Origin: Candidatus Terraquivivens yellowstonensis
Lineage (GTDB): Archaea > Thermoproteota > Nitrososphaeria_A > Caldarchaeales > Wolframiiraptoraceae
DNA length: 64,000 bases
NCBI GenBank assembly: GCA_023539445.1
Contig: JAKCEW010000004.1
Span: 16,741-80,740, forward strand
Direction of reading: 5' to 3'
Shown here: piece by piece, positions 1-11,709 of the stretch
Layout of the letters: every line of letters starts with the position of its first letter
Position numbering within the stretch: position 1 is the stretch's first letter
Program-made: the position numbers and the translations under genes
The notes under the pieces: model-generated
The model's input: only the letters and a program-made list of their open reading frames with translations
The model's database searches: none
Told to the model about the DNA's origin: nothing

Positions 1-388
1 TCTTCTCGATGAGGGCTTTTACAGCATCCTGCCTTAACAGCTCCGCACCACTCTTCGCAACCATCACAGGATCTACGACTATGGGTTTAGAAAGCCTGGA
101 AAGCTCTTCGGCGACCACATCTATTATCTGTGAAGTATGCAACATGCCTGTTTTGACCGCGTCAACCCCTATGTCCTCGACTACAACCCTTATCTGACTT
201 CTGATGACTTCTACATTCACGTCTTGCACACTATATACTCCGACAGTATTCTGGGCCGTAATCGCTGTTATTGCACACATACCGTGGACGCCCAAGGCTG
301 CAAAAGTCTTGAGGTCTGCCTGTATTCCAGCACCCCCTCCTGAGTCCGAGCCCGCGACCGTTAGGGCACGTGCCCTGAACGCTTTCAT
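1..388 (-). CDS. thiD: Hydroxymethylpyrimidine/phosphomethylpyrimidine kinase (ThiD family), partial; C-terminus runs off the window start
   Basis: Manual reverse-strand translation from ATG (complement of 386-388) gives [51 protein letters not shown]..., matching the ThiD/PdxK ribokinase-like N-terminus ([17 protein letters not shown]). It is missing from the ORF track because no stop falls inside the window. Confidence 0.6.
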   Translation of the reverse strand, partial: MKAFRARALTVAGSDSGGGAGIQADLKTFAALGVHGMCAITAITAQNTVGVYSVQDVNVEVIRSQIRVVVEDIGVDAVKTGMLHTSQIIDVVAEELSRLSKPIVVDPVMVAKSGAELLRQDAVKALIEK

Positions 389-506
389 GATACCTCATCA
401 GATGCGATACGACCAAGCTTATATATATGTATATGAACTGCAGAGGTTGCGAGGTTCATTCTAAAAGTTTTCATGAAAATTGCGCTATGTCGCAAGGCGA
501 TGATGT

Positions 507-869
507 TTACTTCCAGACCCATAAATCGCTTGTAAAATAATTAATGAGCGTACCAATTCCTATGGCTATTATATTGGATATTAGGTAGTGTATGTTCAGG
601 AATTCCGTTATGAGGAATAGCGTTATCATTGTCGCTATAAACCCAAGTATTCTTGACGCATGAAATTTAATGAGCCTAAGCGAGCGCGACGAGTGTGTGC
701 TCCTTTTCCTGAAGGTCCATATTTCGTTGAGGGCGAAGTTGTTAAGAAGCGCGACTTCAAAGCTGAATGCAGCCGCCAGCATATAATAGATTCCGAGGAA
801 GTATGTCAGAAGGAAGAGCACCGCTTGGTTTACGAAGATTCCGATAATGCCGACTACGCTAAACTCCAA
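507..869 (-). CDS. GtrA-like small integral membrane protein (4 TM)
   Basis: 120 aa, four hydrophobic segments, size and topology typical of the GtrA family; no catalytic motifs. Confidence 0.45.
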   Translation of the reverse strand: MEFSVVGIIGIFVNQAVLFLLTYFLGIYYMLAAAFSFEVALLNNFALNEIWTFRKRSTHSSRSLRLIKFHASRILGFIATMITLFLITEFLNIHYLISNIIAIGIGTLINYFTSDLWVWK

Positions 870-941
870 GAATCTTACTGTGAATATGCTTCTAAAAAGC
901 TTTAGGATTAGCGCCCTTATGCTGAATTTTTCCGTAACAGC

Positions 942-1802
942 TCACCCGTAGAGTTCCTTACACTTCAGTATATTTGTCCTAAAGTTTCCCCTCTTGTCTT
1001 CGGGCGTTTCTAGAATGAATGGAAGATTCCTTAGAGCTTTGTGGTGGAATATCGCCCTGAAACCTTCCTCACCTATCATGCCCATACCTATATGCTCATG
1101 CCTGTCTAGATGGCTACCGAGTTCGCCCTTTGAATCGTTTATATGAATGACCTTAAGATGCTTTAGGCCTATCACGTTATCGAACTGCTCCACAGTTTTC
1201 TCCACAGCCTCCTCGTTCCTTAAGTCGTATCCGGCCGCAAATGCATGACATGTGTCGAAGCACACCGCGACCCGCTTTTCATCCCCTATCAAATCTAGAA
1301 TCTCCCTTAGTTCCTCGAATCTTGAACCAACGCTATTTTTCTGTCCTGCCATGTTCTCCAAGAGTATCACGACATCGTTCTGTACTTTTTCTAATGCTGT
1401 CCTGCACGCATCTGCCACCCTTTGTATACCGATGTTAATACCCTTGCCCATATGGCTTCCAAGATGGACTGCAAGGAATTTTATACCCAACTCGCCACAT
1501 CTTTCCAGCTCAGCTATCAAGACTTTGAGAGATTTCGTAAAGAGTTGCTTCGAAGGCGAAGCTATGTTGGGTAGGTAAGGCATATGACCGACCGGCACGA
1601 AGAATCCTTTAGCCGTAACCTTTTCCCTGAATAGCTTGACCTCTTCTGGGTTTAGCTTTTTGAACTCCCATCCTCTTGGGTTTCTTGTGAATATTTGAAA
1701 CGTTCCGATACAACCTATTTCTACAGCCCTGTCAACAGCCTTATCAATTGAGCCCGCTATTGAGACGTGCGCACCAAGGACAGGGCCTGTTGTCATGTTC
1801 AT
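942..1802 (-). CDS. nfo: Endonuclease IV (AP endonuclease family 2, TIM-barrel xylose-isomerase-like)
   Basis: 286 aa; HxxY/His-Glu-Asp metal-ligand pattern (AVHLGSHMGKG, LLENMAGQKNSVGSRFEEL, HINDSKGELGSHLDRHEHIG) typical of Nfo. Confidence 0.85.
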   Translation of the reverse strand: MNMTTGPVLGAHVSIAGSIDKAVDRAVEIGCIGTFQIFTRNPRGWEFKKLNPEEVKLFREKVTAKGFFVPVGHMPYLPNIASPSKQLFTKSLKVLIAELERCGELGIKFLAVHLGSHMGKGINIGIQRVADACRTALEKVQNDVVILLENMAGQKNSVGSRFEELREILDLIGDEKRVAVCFDTCHAFAAGYDLRNEEAVEKTVEQFDNVIGLKHLKVIHINDSKGELGSHLDRHEHIGMGMIGEEGFRAIFHHKALRNLPFILETPEDKRGNFRTNILKCKELYG

Positions 1803-1865
1803 ACGGTCTAGTAACCCATAGAAAAGTGTTTGCCATAAAGCTCCATCAAATGGTTTGATAGAGCG

Positions 1866-2081
1866 TTACAATTTGCATGCTTTCTTCATCTTTAGAGAAA
1901 GTAGCATCGCCCTAGCATCCTCTTGATTCTCGGACCTGTATAGCACGTACTTGGAACTTACGTAATTTTTCTTACCACAACCATAACATGTAAAAGAAAG
2001 CTTAGCGAAAGTAATTTGTAAGTGGCCGCAGTTTGGGCATGATACGATCTTATACTCTCTGCGCAACGCTTCGACCTCCAC
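1866..2081 (-). CDS. Small zinc-ribbon protein (CPNCG...CYGCG), function unknown
   Basis: 71 aa with a CxxC-x16-CxxC Cys4 ribbon; does not match Spt4/RpoP consensus by eye. Confidence 0.35.
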   Translation of the reverse strand: MEVEALRREYKIVSCPNCGHLQITFAKLSFTCYGCGKKNYVSSKYVLYRSENQEDARAMLLSLKMKKACKL

Positions 2082-2159
2082 CTATTTGCAAAAACGATTT
2101 AACTTTATATTAAACTTAGCTCGCTAGCGCTACTGTACCATAACGAAAGGTGTTTTGTT

Positions 2160-4169
2160 TTGCTCCAACCATTCAGAGAGAGCTTCGCATTACTTCCGCA
2201 ATATATGGAACCCGTTTTTTATTTAGCATTGATTCCGTTCATAATAATATTCATCGTAGGTATGTACAAACACTACAAGCTTTACGGACGCTATGTGCTA
2301 AAAGAGGTTACTAAGTATGGCGGACAAAGGTTGAGAGCCTTTCTTAAGTATGGCTTGCTTCAGGCTAGAGTACTTTCCGAGTACTTTAGAGGCGGTTTGC
2401 ATGCAACACTCTTTATCGGAGCAGTTGTACTCTTTGTAGGCACATGCATAGTTTTTGTTGATCATACCGTTGAAAAGTTTGGAGCAAAATTGTTAGTTGG
2501 AGAAATTTATCCATTTATTGAGTCGTTCTTAGACTTCTTTGGACTGCTGTTCGTATTGAGTGTAGCAATACTCCTCATCTCAAGAATTCTCAGATATCCT
2601 TCTAGGATCGGCGTCCGTGTTCAATACACGTTAGTGTTGACAGGATTGTTGTACGTGGGCGTCTCTGGATTTTTGACAGAAGGTCTTAGACTTTTTCTCA
2701 AAGATGTGCCATGGTCCGGCTACTCTTTTGTAGGCGCTACAATCGCGAATGTATTCTCTTACTTTGGCGTTCATCCAGAGTTTGCATATAGCTTGTATGT
2801 CGCGCTCTGGTGGAGTCATGGACTCGTAGCTCTCGCATTGATAGCTTTTCTGCCCTACTCCAACCTTATGCACATCTTAACATCATCCCTAAACATTTAC
2901 CTTTCAATCCCGGCGGAACCTATTGGAAAGTTGACGACGCCCTTTAACATTAAAGCATTGGACGAGACTGAAGAGTTCGAGTTACGTATAGGGTTCAGGA
3001 GAACGGGAGAGATTGGTTGGAGAGATGCGCTCAGCGTTTATGCATGCACGGATTGCGGTAGATGCGAGAAATCATGCCCAGCTTACGAGGCGGGCTCAGC
3101 GTTATCGCCAAGAAAGCTTGTCCAGTCGTTAAAGTCCTCACTCGACAAGGAGTTCGAAGATTACGATATATTAGCTGATGGGACGGTAAAGGAGGAGGCA
3201 GTATGGGCATGCACCACGTGTTACGCATGTTTCTTGAAATGTCCCGTTCTCATAAATCCCACAAAATATGTAATCGAGATTAGGAGGGCAATAGTCTTCG
3301 AGGGAAGGATGGACGAAAGGGTCTACCCGTTAGTTTCTAACATAGCCAGGATGTCTAACCCGTTTGGCATGCCTGAGTATGAGAAGGAGAGGTTAGTCGA
3401 AGAACTCAGGGACATGGGCGTAAAAATCCTACCGGATGACGGTGATGTCGAATACCTATACTGGCTCGGTTGCGCCGCCTTTTACGACCCAAGGGTTGGA
3501 AAAGTAGCTAAGACCGTCATTAGACTTTTGAAGGAGGCAGGATTAAGTATTGGGATATTCGGCGACGAAAAGTGTACCGGCGACCCAGCTAGAAGAATCG
3601 GTGAGGAGGGCAGATTCCAAGAACAGGCTTACGCTAATGTCGAGAAGATTATGGGTCTTAAAATAAAGAAGATAGTGACGCATTGTCCGCACTGTTACAA
3701 CACCCTAAAGAATGAATACAGGGAGTTCGGGTTAGAGGTCGATGTCATCCATCACACTCAGCTACTTAGTGCACTGCTAAAGGATGGGAGACTTCGTATA
3801 AAGAAGAGGCTCAATATACCTGCTGTTTTGCATGATTCATGTTATCTCGGTCGTGTAAATGGGATATACGTTGAGCCAAGGCACGTATTGTCTACTGTAT
3901 TGTCAAGCAAGCTTTTAGAGTTTCCGCGTTCAAAGGAAAATAGCTTCTGCTGTGGCGCAGGTGGTTGCAACTATTGGTACCATATACCAAGGGTCAAGAG
4001 GGAGGCACTGATAAGACTTGAGGAGGCCATTTCGGTAGGCGCAAGGATGCTTGTGGTCGAGTGCCCATATTGTCTGGCAATGTTCGAGGATGCCGCGAGG
4101 GTCATGAATCTGGAAAACTTTATCATAAGAGACGTGGCTGAAGTCTTAGCAGAATCCATCTTTGAGTAG
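2160..4169 (+). CDS. Membrane-bound Fe-S oxidoreductase, HdrE/HdrD(GlpC)-like: N-terminal polytopic membrane domain, 2x[4Fe-4S] ferredoxin motifs, two CCG domains; likely ETF-oxidising partner
   Basis: 669 aa. About six TM helices in the first ~240 aa, then CTDCGRCEKSCPAY and CTTCYACFLKCPV (CxxCxxCxxxCP) and CCG-type cysteine clusters (LGCAAFYDP..., SFCCGAGGCNYW). Immediately upstream of etfB-etfA. Confidence 0.7.
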   Translation: MLQPFRESFALLPQYMEPVFYLALIPFIIIFIVGMYKHYKLYGRYVLKEVTKYGGQRLRAFLKYGLLQARVLSEYFRGGLHATLFIGAVVLFVGTCIVFVDHTVEKFGAKLLVGEIYPFIESFLDFFGLLFVLSVAILLISRILRYPSRIGVRVQYTLVLTGLLYVGVSGFLTEGLRLFLKDVPWSGYSFVGATIANVFSYFGVHPEFAYSLYVALWWSHGLVALALIAFLPYSNLMHILTSSLNIYLSIPAEPIGKLTTPFNIKALDETEEFELRIGFRRTGEIGWRDALSVYACTDCGRCEKSCPAYEAGSALSPRKLVQSLKSSLDKEFEDYDILADGTVKEEAVWACTTCYACFLKCPVLINPTKYVIEIRRAIVFEGRMDERVYPLVSNIARMSNPFGMPEYEKERLVEELRDMGVKILPDDGDVEYLYWLGCAAFYDPRVGKVAKTVIRLLKEAGLSIGIFGDEKCTGDPARRIGEEGRFQEQAYANVEKIMGLKIKKIVTHCPHCYNTLKNEYREFGLEVDVIHHTQLLSALLKDGRLRIKKRLNIPAVLHDSCYLGRVNGIYVEPRHVLSTVLSSKLLEFPRSKENSFCCGAGGCNYWYHIPRVKREALIRLEEAISVGARMLVVECPYCLAMFEDAARVMNLENFIIRDVAEVLAESIFE

Positions 4170-4215
4170 CAAAAATTAGAAATACCAGCCTCATTGATGA
4201 ACTTTGTGACAACAT

Positions 4216-4989
4216 ATGGTAAACGTTCTTGTATGCGTGAAGCAAGTCGTGGACGTAAACCAACTCAGAATATCGGATGGAGATGTTCGGGAAGCCATAC
4301 AACGTGCGCCAAAAAAGATCAGCGAATTTGACTTGAACGCATTGGAAGAGGCCATAAGGCTAAAAGAAAAGCATGGAGGCAAGGTCACGGTTCTCAGCGC
4401 CGGCTCAGACATTAAAACGATGCTAATAAGAGAGGCGCTCGCGATGGGTGCCGATGAAGCATACGTCGTATCTGACCCTGCTATGGAGGACGCCGATGGT
4501 CTAGTTACAGCCATGGTCTTGGCAGAAATGGCAAGAAGGATAAAAGGGTGGGATATCATCCTGTGTGGAGAGGCATCGTCCGACGAGGCAGGATACCAAA
4601 CCGGTCCCAGGCTGGCTAAGGAGCTCGGCATACCATTCCTTGCACATGTGACGAAGTTAGAATTAAAATCGGGCAAGTTGTTGGCAGAGAGAGCCTTAGA
4701 AGATGTCGTAGAAACATATGAGGTACCGTTACCAGCCCTCTTCACGGTAGGTTTGGAGATAAACACACCAAGGATCCCGAGTTTACTTATGATAAAGGCA
4801 TCGTCTAAGAAGCCCATAACGTCTTGGAGTTTGAAGGATCTGGGAATAACGGTTAAACCAGCTTTAAGAACTGTGGAGACGAAGGTCGTGAAGAGCGAAA
4901 GAAAGAACATTGTGATAGAAGGTAGTCCTGAAGAGGTAGCTGAAAAGCTCGTCATGAATCTGCTGAAGGAGGGGGTTATAAAGGGATGA
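4216..4989 (+). CDS. etfB: Electron transfer flavoprotein beta subunit
   Basis: 257 aa; MVNVLVCVKQVVDV... N-terminus and overall ETF-beta pattern; overlaps etfA start by 4 nt (ATGA). Confidence 0.85.
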   Translation: MVNVLVCVKQVVDVNQLRISDGDVREAIQRAPKKISEFDLNALEEAIRLKEKHGGKVTVLSAGSDIKTMLIREALAMGADEAYVVSDPAMEDADGLVTAMVLAEMARRIKGWDIILCGEASSDEAGYQTGPRLAKELGIPFLAHVTKLELKSGKLLAERALEDVVETYEVPLPALFTVGLEINTPRIPSLLMIKASSKKPITSWSLKDLGITVKPALRTVETKVVKSERKNIVIEGSPEEVAEKLVMNLLKEGVIKG

Positions 4990-5948
4990 CGGGAGAAGGG
5001 ATCCTCGTTTTCTCTGAAGATGACGACCTTGCATTTGAGCTTCTTACATTAGCTAGACAATTGTCAAGTCAGACGGGTTATTGGACAGGAGCTATAATCT
5101 TAGGTGATAATGGCAGCAGGGTTGCTGAATTTACAGAGTATGGTGCTGACAAGATTTTTGTGGTCTCGGAAGTAGATCCTCGAAAAGACGGGCCGGATGT
5201 GACTGCTGAAGCCGTATCGCAAGTTGTTTCTAACGCATCACCAAAGGTAGTATTAATTGCAGCGACGAAGATGGGAAGGGAGGTTGCTGCTTATGTGGCA
5301 CAAAGCTTACGCACAGGATGTGCATCCGAGTGTCTAGACATATCTCTCAAGGATTCGCAGGTCGAGGTCAAGAGGCTTGTACTGGGCGGTGGGTTTCTGG
5401 CAAGACAAATCTTTGAAAGTTATCCCGCCGTAGTCACGATACCACCCCACAGATTTCAGGCAAGCCCGTCAAAGGGCGAGGGGAGCGTAAAGAGCGTAAA
5501 GGTTACAGTAGAGAGGAAAATGTCTAAACTCGAATCTCGAACGGTCGAGAAAAGCGGTGTTAAGCTTGAAGATGCTGAGATCGTGGTTGCTGTAGGGAGG
5601 GGCCTAAAGAGAAAGGACGACTTGAAGCTAGTGGAGGAGTTCGCGAAGGTGCTAGGGGCTGAGCTTGGATGCACGAGACCGGTATCTGGAGACCTGAAGT
5701 GGCTTCCTGAGGATAGGCATATAGGTCTATCTGGAAAGCGTGTGAAGCCTAAGCTCTACGTTGCGGTCGGTGTGTCGGGCCAAATACAACATGTCGTGGG
5801 TATGAGGGATTCAAAAATCGTTGTATGCATAAATACTGACCCGAACGCTCCGATGCATAGAGAGGCAGACTACAGCATAGTAGGCGATTTGTACAAATTT
5901 TTGCCAGCACTCATCAATGCCATCAAGAGAATAAAGGGAAAAGTCTGA
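4986..5948 (+). CDS. etfA: Electron transfer flavoprotein alpha subunit
   Basis: 320 aa; C-terminal FAD-binding region (LYVAVGVSGQIQHVVGMRDSKIVVCINTDPNAPM) typical of ETF-alpha. Confidence 0.85.
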   Translation: MTGEGILVFSEDDDLAFELLTLARQLSSQTGYWTGAIILGDNGSRVAEFTEYGADKIFVVSEVDPRKDGPDVTAEAVSQVVSNASPKVVLIAATKMGREVAAYVAQSLRTGCASECLDISLKDSQVEVKRLVLGGGFLARQIFESYPAVVTIPPHRFQASPSKGEGSVKSVKVTVERKMSKLESRTVEKSGVKLEDAEIVVAVGRGLKRKDDLKLVEEFAKVLGAELGCTRPVSGDLKWLPEDRHIGLSGKRVKPKLYVAVGVSGQIQHVVGMRDSKIVVCINTDPNAPMHREADYSIVGDLYKFLPALINAIKRIKGKV

Positions 5949-5955
5949 AAAACCT

Positions 5956-8145
<2,190 letters not shown>

Positions 8146-8193
8146 TTAGCTAGAATAAAAATTTATTTAATAAATTTTAAACTCTTTATTGGT

Positions 8194-9672
8194 TTAACCC
8201 TTAATTACCCCTATAGGAACTAATCTGGCCACTTTTGTCGCTATCCCTACCGCATGGCTTACTTCAACTACTTCATCAACGTTCTTATAAGCTTCGTCAG
8301 CCTCTTCTATTAGAGTCTCCGTGCTGTCGCTCTTAACGATTATGCCCTTACTCTCCATCTCCTTTATAACCGTTAGACCCGTATAACGCCTCTTTGCTCC
8401 TGCCCTGCTCATCTCCCTACCAGCACCGTGAGCTGTGCTACCGAAGCTCAGCTCCATAGCTTTCGGATTTCCTAGCAAAAGCCAACTTGCCGTACCCATC
8501 GAGCCAGGGATTATCACGGGCTGTCCTATGCTCCTGTAATCACTAGGTACAAGCGGATGTCCAGCAGGGAAACTCCTTGTCGCCCCTTTTCTGTGAACGT
8601 AAACATCCTTTGTTTCACCATTTACCTTGTGCTTCTCGAGTTTCACGATATTGTGGGCTACGTCGTACACGAGTTTCATTCCAAGTGATTCTGCCGACTG
8701 TTTGAAAACTTCCTCGAAACTCTGTCTAACCCAATGGCTAATCGCTTGCCTGTTTGCGAATGCAAAGTTAACAGCACAGGCGAAAGCCTTAAGGTACTGC
8801 TCAGCCTCGGGCGTGTTGGCCGGTGCACAGGCAAGCTCCCTGTCTGGTAGCCTGATCCCATACTTATGGGCTGCCCTTTCCATAACCTTCAAGTAATCGC
8901 TACATATTTGGTGGCCGTAACCCCTACTGCCTGTATGAACTAAGACCGTTATTTGATTCTCGTGAGTTATCCCCATTATCTTTGCCGCTTCATGGTCAAA
9001 TATTTTGTCTACCCTCTGTATTTCGAGGAAATGGTTGCCACTACCGAGAGTGCCTATCTGAGGTTCGCCTCTACTCTTAGCAGTAGGTGAGACTTTAGAG
9101 GGATCTGCTCCTTCTAAAGTTCCCTCTTCTTCTATATGCTTTATGTCCTCAGCCCACCCAAGCCCATACTTTTCTATTACATAGCGCGCACCCTCTATCG
9201 CTATCCTATCGAGGTCTGAGGAGCTTACCCTGAAGTCCTTTCGTCTACTCCCAAGACCCGCAGGAACGTTCCTGAAAATCGTATCTACCAACAACCTCAG
9301 CTTAGGCATGACGTCTTTTACAGTAAGGTTTGTTACCATGAGCCTAACACCACAGTTGATGTCATAACCTACGCCTCCTGGAGATATAACGCCCTCAGTT
9401 GCATCCATGGCGGCCACACCTCCTATAGGAAATCCGTAACCTTCATGTGCGTCGGGAAGTACTATGCTAGCTTTGTATATGCCCGGAAGCATAGCGACGT
9501 TCGCACCTTGTTCGAGCGTTCTGTCCTGTGTCATCTTTTGAAGAAGTTTCTGAGATGCGAATATCATGACCGGTACCCTCATACCCTGTTTGAAGTCCTT
9601 ATCTATGATCCATACGTTTTCGTCTAACTTCTTTAACGGTATATTGTTCATACCGAGTATTAATTTAACCAT
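8194..9672 (-). CDS. rtcB: RNA-splicing ligase RtcB (tRNA ligase)
   Basis: 492 aa; RtcB signature stretches (GYDINCGVR, HTGSRGYGHQ, GSTAHGAGR). Confidence 0.9.
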   Translation of the reverse strand: MVKLILGMNNIPLKKLDENVWIIDKDFKQGMRVPVMIFASQKLLQKMTQDRTLEQGANVAMLPGIYKASIVLPDAHEGYGFPIGGVAAMDATEGVISPGGVGYDINCGVRLMVTNLTVKDVMPKLRLLVDTIFRNVPAGLGSRRKDFRVSSSDLDRIAIEGARYVIEKYGLGWAEDIKHIEEEGTLEGADPSKVSPTAKSRGEPQIGTLGSGNHFLEIQRVDKIFDHEAAKIMGITHENQITVLVHTGSRGYGHQICSDYLKVMERAAHKYGIRLPDRELACAPANTPEAEQYLKAFACAVNFAFANRQAISHWVRQSFEEVFKQSAESLGMKLVYDVAHNIVKLEKHKVNGETKDVYVHRKGATRSFPAGHPLVPSDYRSIGQPVIIPGSMGTASWLLLGNPKAMELSFGSTAHGAGREMSRAGAKRRYTGLTVIKEMESKGIIVKSDSTETLIEEADEAYKNVDEVVEVSHAVGIATKVARLVPIGVIKG

Positions 9673-9679
9673 CGTATAT

Positions 9680-10702
9680 TTAAACTATTTTCGAAGACGA
9701 GTGTTCCGACAATATACGCCACAACTCATCCGTAACTGCTGACTTTATGTTCTCGACAGCGCCCCCAGACCTTATCAGTTTCTTCCCTTCCTTTTTACGT
9801 ACCACTTCACCTATGATTGCGGCCTTTATGCCTGACCTTTTAAGCGTTGTAATAAGTTTTTCATAATTGCCTCTGATGGATGCTATCAGCGTACCTGAGC
9901 TTATCAGCTTCAAAGGGTCGCAACCGAGAGTCTCGCAAATTATCTTAGTCTCCCTCGCAATCGGTATGGCATCCTCATAGACGACAAAACCCGTCCCAGA
10001 TGCCTCGGCCATTTCGTAAAGTCCACCCAACAGACCGCCTTCTGTCGGGTCGTGCATCGCCGTAGCAAAACCGGTTGATGATATTATCATGGCCTCGTCC
10101 ACGACGCTTATCTTCTTGTAAAATGCAGAAGCTCTCTTGATTAAACGTTTATCTACCTTTGAGCTGAGTATATCTGATAAATCTGTCGCAAGTATAGCCG
10201 TTCCTTCTATAGCTACGGTCTTCGTCATGAGTATCTTATCACCGGGTTTCGCACCTCCAGTCCTATAGTACCTATTCCCCTCAAGCATACCTATCATCGT
10301 ACCAATTACGATCGGTTCTGATACGTAAAGTGCAACCTCCGAGTGGCCCGTAATTACAGAGACGTGAAGCTCTGAGGCTGCCTTGTGAATCTGCTTAACT
10401 ATAGATTTGAAGAGGTTCTCATTGTCTTCAGGTAGTAGGATACAAGACGAAAACCAAGCGGGTTTTGCACCACACACCGCTACGTCGTTAGCATTTATAT
10501 GAACCGACAACCATCCGAGCAACTCCTTTGAGCCGGTAACGGGGTCACATGCTACAACTAGATACCTCTTGGGCGTATTGAGGACAGCTGCATCTTCACC
10601 ATATGCTGGCCATAGGAGGACATCCTTTCTCTTCGCTCCTAACCATTTGAAGACAGTTTTTTCTAGCACTTCTTTTGGTAGCTTACCGTAGGTTATTTTC
10701 AT
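9680..10702 (-). CDS. AIR-synthase-related (PurM-like superfamily) protein, HypE/ThiL-like
   Basis: 340 aa; PurM-like N and C domains (GEDAAV..., GxxEGG-type C-domain); exact subfamily not resolvable by eye. Confidence 0.5.
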   Translation of the reverse strand: MKITYGKLPKEVLEKTVFKWLGAKRKDVLLWPAYGEDAAVLNTPKRYLVVACDPVTGSKELLGWLSVHINANDVAVCGAKPAWFSSCILLPEDNENLFKSIVKQIHKAASELHVSVITGHSEVALYVSEPIVIGTMIGMLEGNRYYRTGGAKPGDKILMTKTVAIEGTAILATDLSDILSSKVDKRLIKRASAFYKKISVVDEAMIISSTGFATAMHDPTEGGLLGGLYEMAEASGTGFVVYEDAIPIARETKIICETLGCDPLKLISSGTLIASIRGNYEKLITTLKRSGIKAAIIGEVVRKKEGKKLIRSGGAVENIKSAVTDELWRILSEHSSSKIV

Positions 10703-10738
10703 ACCACAATACCACCATACACATTAAACACATAAACT

Positions 10739-11371
10739 CTATAGCCTGTTGCGAAGTATGTTCTCCACTTTTGGTATATCTGCCGCAGAAGATACTCTGT
10801 ATAGAATACCAAGCTTGTTGTCAAAAAACCGAAGGGCGTTAGTAGATATGTAAAGCACATTCTTAAGCTTCTTAATAAGCTCGGGCATATGCATCTCAGG
10901 ATACTTTTTAAATGCTTCAATTAGAGGGGCGGTTTGATAGGATGCTAAACTGAAGTCAACGTTATTGTCCAGCATCCTAGGCAATACCGCCGTGAACTTT
11001 TTGGAGGCCTCCAGCAGAAAGTAAGTAAATTCTAACGTGATGCACGGCATATCACAAGGAAGGATGAGCACATTAGAGTTTGGAACCTTTTCTAAAACCT
11101 CTCTTATCTTTTCATATTCGTTAGAATACTGACTTTTCTCCATTCTTATGAGTGAGGCAAAGTACTTTTCGCATATAGGTTCGTAGGCCGTGGCTTGTGT
11201 TTCGTTCTCAACATACACGAACAAATCCGTTACTTCGTCGGGCACACTATCGAGGACGTACTCGATCATGGGCCTCCCGGCTATCTTCACCAAACCTTTC
11301 TTATCGCCCATATAACCCCTTCCGTTTATAAGGACAGCACAAGCATAACTTCCTGTCCTACATTTAGACAT
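10739..11371 (-). CDS. MobA-like nucleotidyltransferase (molybdenum cofactor guanylyltransferase-like)
   Basis: Gly-rich NTP-binding loop AVLINGRGYMG...GL and an LPCDMP motif as in MobA; start is probably the internal Met (MSKCRTG...) rather than the ORF-track start at 11416. Confidence 0.5.
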   Translation of the reverse strand: MSKCRTGSYACAVLINGRGYMGDKKGLVKIAGRPMIEYVLDSVPDEVTDLFVYVENETQATAYEPICEKYFASLIRMEKSQYSNEYEKIREVLEKVPNSNVLILPCDMPCITLEFTYFLLEASKKFTAVLPRMLDNNVDFSLASYQTAPLIEAFKKYPEMHMPELIKKLKNVLYISTNALRFFDNKLGILYRVSSAADIPKVENILRNRL

Positions 11372-11586
11372 GGACGTCAACTGTTCCTCCTTTTCTGAGG
11401 ACTTATTTCTATTCATAGCTTGGCTTGAGAGTCAACCACATCTAGTTACATCCCTAATATAAATACTTAGAAGCACCAGCTTGACGCATAGCTGTCATAA
11501 TAAAAACCTTGACGTGTACTTGTTATGTGTTCGAAACGTTTAAATAACAAACATCGGATGCAACTTACTACAGAGAGGCGGCGAAC

Positions 11587-11636
11587 GTGAGGGATTGCCT
11601 TTTCCTCACGACCGGCTATAGCTATTATCGCTATAG
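11587..11636. promoter_or_regulatory. Candidate regulatory elements upstream of lysC: 6-bp-stem hairpin (GTGAGG...CCTCAC) and two copies of the self-palindromic octamer GCTATAGC spaced by 7 nt
   Basis: Read directly: GCTATAGC at 11615-11622 and 11629-11636, ~70-90 nt upstream of the aspartokinase start, in a 330-nt intergenic region. Confidence 0.2.
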
Positions 11637-11709
11637 CGAGACAGGCGCCTCTCTCTGAAGCCATCTCTCCTTTTGATGTTTTTACCAGCTTTGGAGGGGG
11701 GTTGTGTCT

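Noticed and set aside
1866-2081. Assigning the 71-aa zinc-ribbon ORF as Spt4 or RNA polymerase subunit P
   Set aside because: Cys spacing and flanking residues do not match either consensus as remembered. Left as a generic Zn-ribbon protein.
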